From: Cirrosporium novae-zelandiae
Lineage: Eukaryota
DNA length: 64,000 nt
Assembly (NCBI GenBank): GCA_026023565.1
Contig: JAPETS010000060.1
Span: 1 to 64,000, forward strand
Direction of reading: 5' to 3'
Within the stretch, counting starts at the first letter, position 1; every line of letters starts with the position of its first letter. Below are positions 60,301 through 64,000 of the stretch, in pieces. Made by a program: the position numbers and the translations under genes. The notes under the pieces were generated by a model. It searched no databases. It had not been told where the DNA came from and saw only the letters and a program-made list of their open reading frames with translations.

Positions 60301-61339
60301 TTGGTGCGTTGTGACCAACTTTAAGAGCAAAAGCTTTAAGTAGCTCAAAAAGAATTCCAGAAATTCTCTCGATGGTATGACCACCGCATTTTTCGGGACA
60401 GGCTTTCTTGAATAAGTCATCAGCCAATTCGGATAGGTAGTTTTCTTTTCTTGAAGCAGGGAGACTTGGTGCGTCCGAGTAAATTGTTTTGACATCGTCC
60501 CATTCCAGGCTTTCTGCATTCTGTGCACTTTCAAACTTTATATTCGTTGCAGACGCGTATCCCGAATCCGTAGGTGGTTCAGGTTGTGTGGTCTTAGGGT
60601 TGTAAATTTTGTCATTTTTGTTATCTAAACTGTCTTGTTTCAACGCTTCCATATTATTTTCTGTTTCGTCGATGCCTAGTAAGAGGTTAGAGGGGTCATT
60701 AAGAGGAGTAATGCCCGCTGTTATATTACCAATTTCGATCCCTCGGTTCAAATCATCTATTGACCCCAGTCTGCTCAAATCGCTTCATGAATAGATATCC
60801 AAGATGATTCAAAACGTCAGCTCGATCGGGATGGTCGAGAGGAATAGCTTCTCTCGCTGTATTACCTATTTCGATAGCTCGATCCAAATCTTCCATTAAT
60901 CCATACTCCTTAAATCGCAAGCAGAGTACAATCCCAGCACGATTCAAAAAATGAATTCGATCAGGATGGTCGAGAGGAGCGGTTTCCACTACTGTACTAA
61001 ATATTTGGATCCCTTGGTTTAGATCGTCAAATGATCTAGTCCGCTCAAATCGCCTTTTAAACACTTCTCCTAACAACATTTGTTTTTTAGCTAGGTCATA
61101 TTTGTTTTGCGTTACAGGTAATGTCCGCTCCAGTAGACGAATGATTCGGTCCAAATCGCATAGATCCAAATCAAATTGATCGTTAGTCCTTACCCGGCAC
61201 TGTAATAGTTTGATAAATATCATATCAGGAATTTCCAACTGCCGTGCACGGTCTGGATGGTCATCACTTGTTGCTGCTATTCATCCTTCTATTTTCTGAT
61301 GAGCTTGTTCACAAAAGGATTGATCTGAAGAGACTCCAT
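57358..61339 (-). pseudogene. Pseudogene: TPR-like repeats (CHAT-protein-type) fused to a conserved fungal domain of unknown function
   Basis: Repeats DLDRAI..P.DHPDRA..LN.LG, then TDSGYAS, ITLTGSAKNAQALTC.QYL.QTWP, AEIGEQFAW.GAALRSSP, MFRNPIVVQGYPI, YLEGWDFKDIA, GKGWVDFTRAIHAITLFGRGFGEII, GAIIFGH. Broken by in-frame TAG at 59754-59752 and 57885-57883, a +1 frameshift near 60765, a frameshift near 59015 and a disrupted 5' end. Confidence 0.85.
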
Positions 61340-63310
61340 TTCTGATGGCTTGCGAAAAAAATAAAAAAATAGAAATTTGTTTATATATCGTCAACCGTTT
61401 TCGCACAAGGAGGATTAAGTAATGTTTCTTGACTTATTAGGGGTGTTTTGAATAGAGGGCAAAGCTGTATAGAATTGATGGAGCTTTTAAAGGGAATTTT
61501 GGTATTTATATATTTCGAATTGAACGCAGTGTTAGGACAAGGCATTAGGCTTATCTTACTACTTTAACGAGTCAAAAGGACCACAGTCATCGAGCCGTTA
61601 GTTCGATTACATATCACAAACAAAAGGTCCAAGGGAGAAAAGTCAGGAAGATCGAGTCAGGTGCGGCCACGAACGGCTACCGTTCGTGGAGGTGTCATGT
61701 AAAGATTATAATAGGTCAGATTACTATTTTCAGGCAGAATCAAAAATTTATTATTGGGCCAATTGATCTTCCAGTTTTATCCCCCCCCCTGCGAGCGGTA
61801 GCCATGTGAGGACAGTTCAAAAGATATGTTTGCGTGTCACCGTATCTGCCAATAATTTTGGTTTTTTTCCTTATGTACGTTGTACTCGAGTAGTAGGTGG
61901 GATTCGGGAGTAATAAAGGGCAAGACTGTGGTTGTAGTTTTAAGGATGTAAGCTACGCGTGAGAAGAGAACTGGTTTGCGAGCTAAGGTATAGATAGAGG
62001 GGCTGTGAGTGTTGAGCATTCACTAATATTACCTTACATCTTGAGGGCAGTGTTAATTTTTTATACTAGTATCTGACTTTATACATTGTAAGGGAGGGTA
62101 TAGTGTTGAAATATTTCCCCTACCCAACACTGTAGCCATCCTAATTAGTGTAAGTTCAGTATTCTGCGTACGTATTCGGGGTTGGGAATGGACCAGACCG
62201 ACCAGGCCAACCTGTACGTATTATTAATCAATGAAGTCTCCCCTCTATCGCCTTGTCCTCCACCACAACCATACTAATAGAGACAAAACAGGATGGGTAC
62301 TACTCGATAACCCCACCTGAAATATGGGATCCAGTCCTCATCTTGAGCTCCAACATGTTTCCTCCTTAACAGCATCCCTATGAAAATCCAACCTCTTTAT
62401 ATTTAAAGCCCCAGAGTCACAAGGCAGTAGCGTTATAGACCATTCTAAATATCAATTTCCCACACTACCATGTTTATCTTGTTCCTAGAGTTTCATAGAA
62501 CGAACAACAAAGCTACTTCCACTTCCAAAGTTATGCTCTCGAGTTAAGAGAATGGAGGCTTGGAATCCCCTACAAACGGGCTCTAAACCAGCCTTTACAA
62601 AGATTTTAGTTATTATGATGTTATCTTTGCACTTTCCCTAAGTTTTGAGATCGAGGGGAGTATGATTCTCCGGTCTGAGATGATTAATGCCAAGCACCCC
62701 TTCCAGGACAATTATTGCTTCTGGACTAAGTAGCTCCAAATTCCTAGCGATCAGTCATAATAAGATTCTCTGTCTCGAAAGCTTGCCCAGGCGTAAGAAA
62801 CGTAAAAGAATGGGAGAAATAATCACGCCGAGAGTTGGAGGAGCCTTCATAAAGGAGGTTCGATGTTGATGCGTAAGCCTACAGGTGGAAAGACAAAGAC
62901 ATGGTTGATAGTGCAAAAAAGAATAACAACAAGGCCCAGGCTCTAGTTCAAGGAGAGTAGACTACGTTCGATATGGAAACGAATAGTCCTAGCCGTAAAG
63001 GGGGTGGGGAAGAGGGAGAGGTTGATCCATTCTACCGATACTTGAATACGGAAAGGGTATTACCTGAGCCAGAGAATATATTTCTAGATTGAGTTATCTC
63101 TATAGATAACTGCAGGTCTTTGACTTGGACGCCATAAGCCACATAGGGGAGAATAACGAGGGTAATTAGATACTTTTCCTCCTTCCATATAACAATTTGT
63201 GGTCCCATTGTTCCCCGATCATGTTAATTAGTGTGATTAGCTTCCAAACCATCCTAATTACCGCCTTCACCACGGCCCCATCGATTTCCTTGCCCTTCTC
63301 AAAGAACCTC

Positions 63311-64000
63311 TTACGCAGTATGGGAGGAGTTGTCTAAAAAAGACATCCGCCTAGCTCTCGAGTAAGGTATCCTTTTCGCCTTCTGAGTTCTAGTCCACTC
63401 CTCCTCTGCCGCCGCAATCTGCGAATTCCGAATCAAGTATCCAGCAAACACAGTCTCCCAGCCTCCGTTACTTGCAATAAAGATACTTGGGAAGAGCGTA
63501 AGCTCCACAGGATCCTCGAGCGGCGGTGTGATTGGAGTAGCCGTAGGTCTTGTGGCTGTGCTTTTGGGTGAAGTTGGAGCCGAGTGGTTGGAATCGCATG
63601 GCAGAAGGATGGTCCGCCAAATTGTCATATCGGTCTGTGTAACTTCGAGGCTGGCCTCGAGCCTCACTTTGCTTATTTGGGCCTTGTGCCAGAGTTGGAC
63701 GGCCTCTTTGATCAGATTTCTCAATTCGGGAAGAAACGTCTCGTGAGTTCCTGATGTCATTAGAGGAGCGAGGGTGACATCAGCATCCTGGACCACAGAG
63801 GATATCAGCTCTTCGGACGATTGCTCCTGGATACCTCCAGCTGATTCGGAGAGAAGTATTGCTCTACATAGAGATTCTTTAGTGACGTCTATTTCAGCCT
63901 GTTGGACGAGAAAGTCGTATAGATCTCTGGCCGTACGTGGGACACGTTTAGGTGTAAAAATATCGCGGGTAATCAATGCACTTAGGACTGCCATGGCAAT
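63311..64000 (-). CDS. Hypothetical protein, 3' part (gene runs off the window)
   Basis: At least 227 aa open frame to TAA at 63311 with ELRNLIKEAVQLWHKAQ and LTLFPSIF..VFAGYLI segments. Confidence 0.65.
   Translation of the reverse strand: MAMAVLSALITRDIFTPKRVPRTARDLYDFLVQQAEIDVTKESLCRAILLSESAGGIQEQSSEELISSVVQDADVTLAPLMTSGTHETFLPELRNLIKEAVQLWHKAQISKVRLEASLEVTQTDMTIWRTILLPCDSNHSAPTSPKSTATRPTATPITPPLEDPVELTLFPSIFIASNGGWETVFAGYLIRNSQIAAAEEEWTRTQKAKRIPYSRARRMSFLDNSSHTA

Noticed and set aside
1..64000. CRISPR array, rRNA, intact transposase/RT, Starship captain or secondary-metabolite backbone gene
   Set aside because: No regularly spaced repeat-spacer array and no recognisable motifs for any of these were seen.

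Overview
Intron-containing filamentous ascomycete (Pezizomycotina-like) genomic DNA. About 17 protein-coding loci can be supported: a quinate/sugar-acid-type MFS transporter next to an Ldh_2-family dehydrogenase, a 7TM-like membrane protein, an amino acid permease, a PTH11-like receptor, three alpha/beta-hydrolases, an arsenite methyltransferase directly upstream of tRNA 2'-phosphotransferase TPT1, a Zn2Cys6 factor, a DUF3074 protein, a hydrolase-CorA fusion containing a 9-nt micro-exon, a small spliced Cys/His-rich gene missed by the ORF track, and several unknowns. There is also a 4-kb TPR-containing pseudogene with RIP-like stops. The best hidden signal is non-coding: three dispersed copies of a 52-54 bp element (stem-loop + AATAAAATGAA + TCA-repeat tail), each flanked by its own 12-14 bp target-site duplication, which looks like an ultra-short retroposon. 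Family assignments come from motif recognition by eye; no database searches were run.
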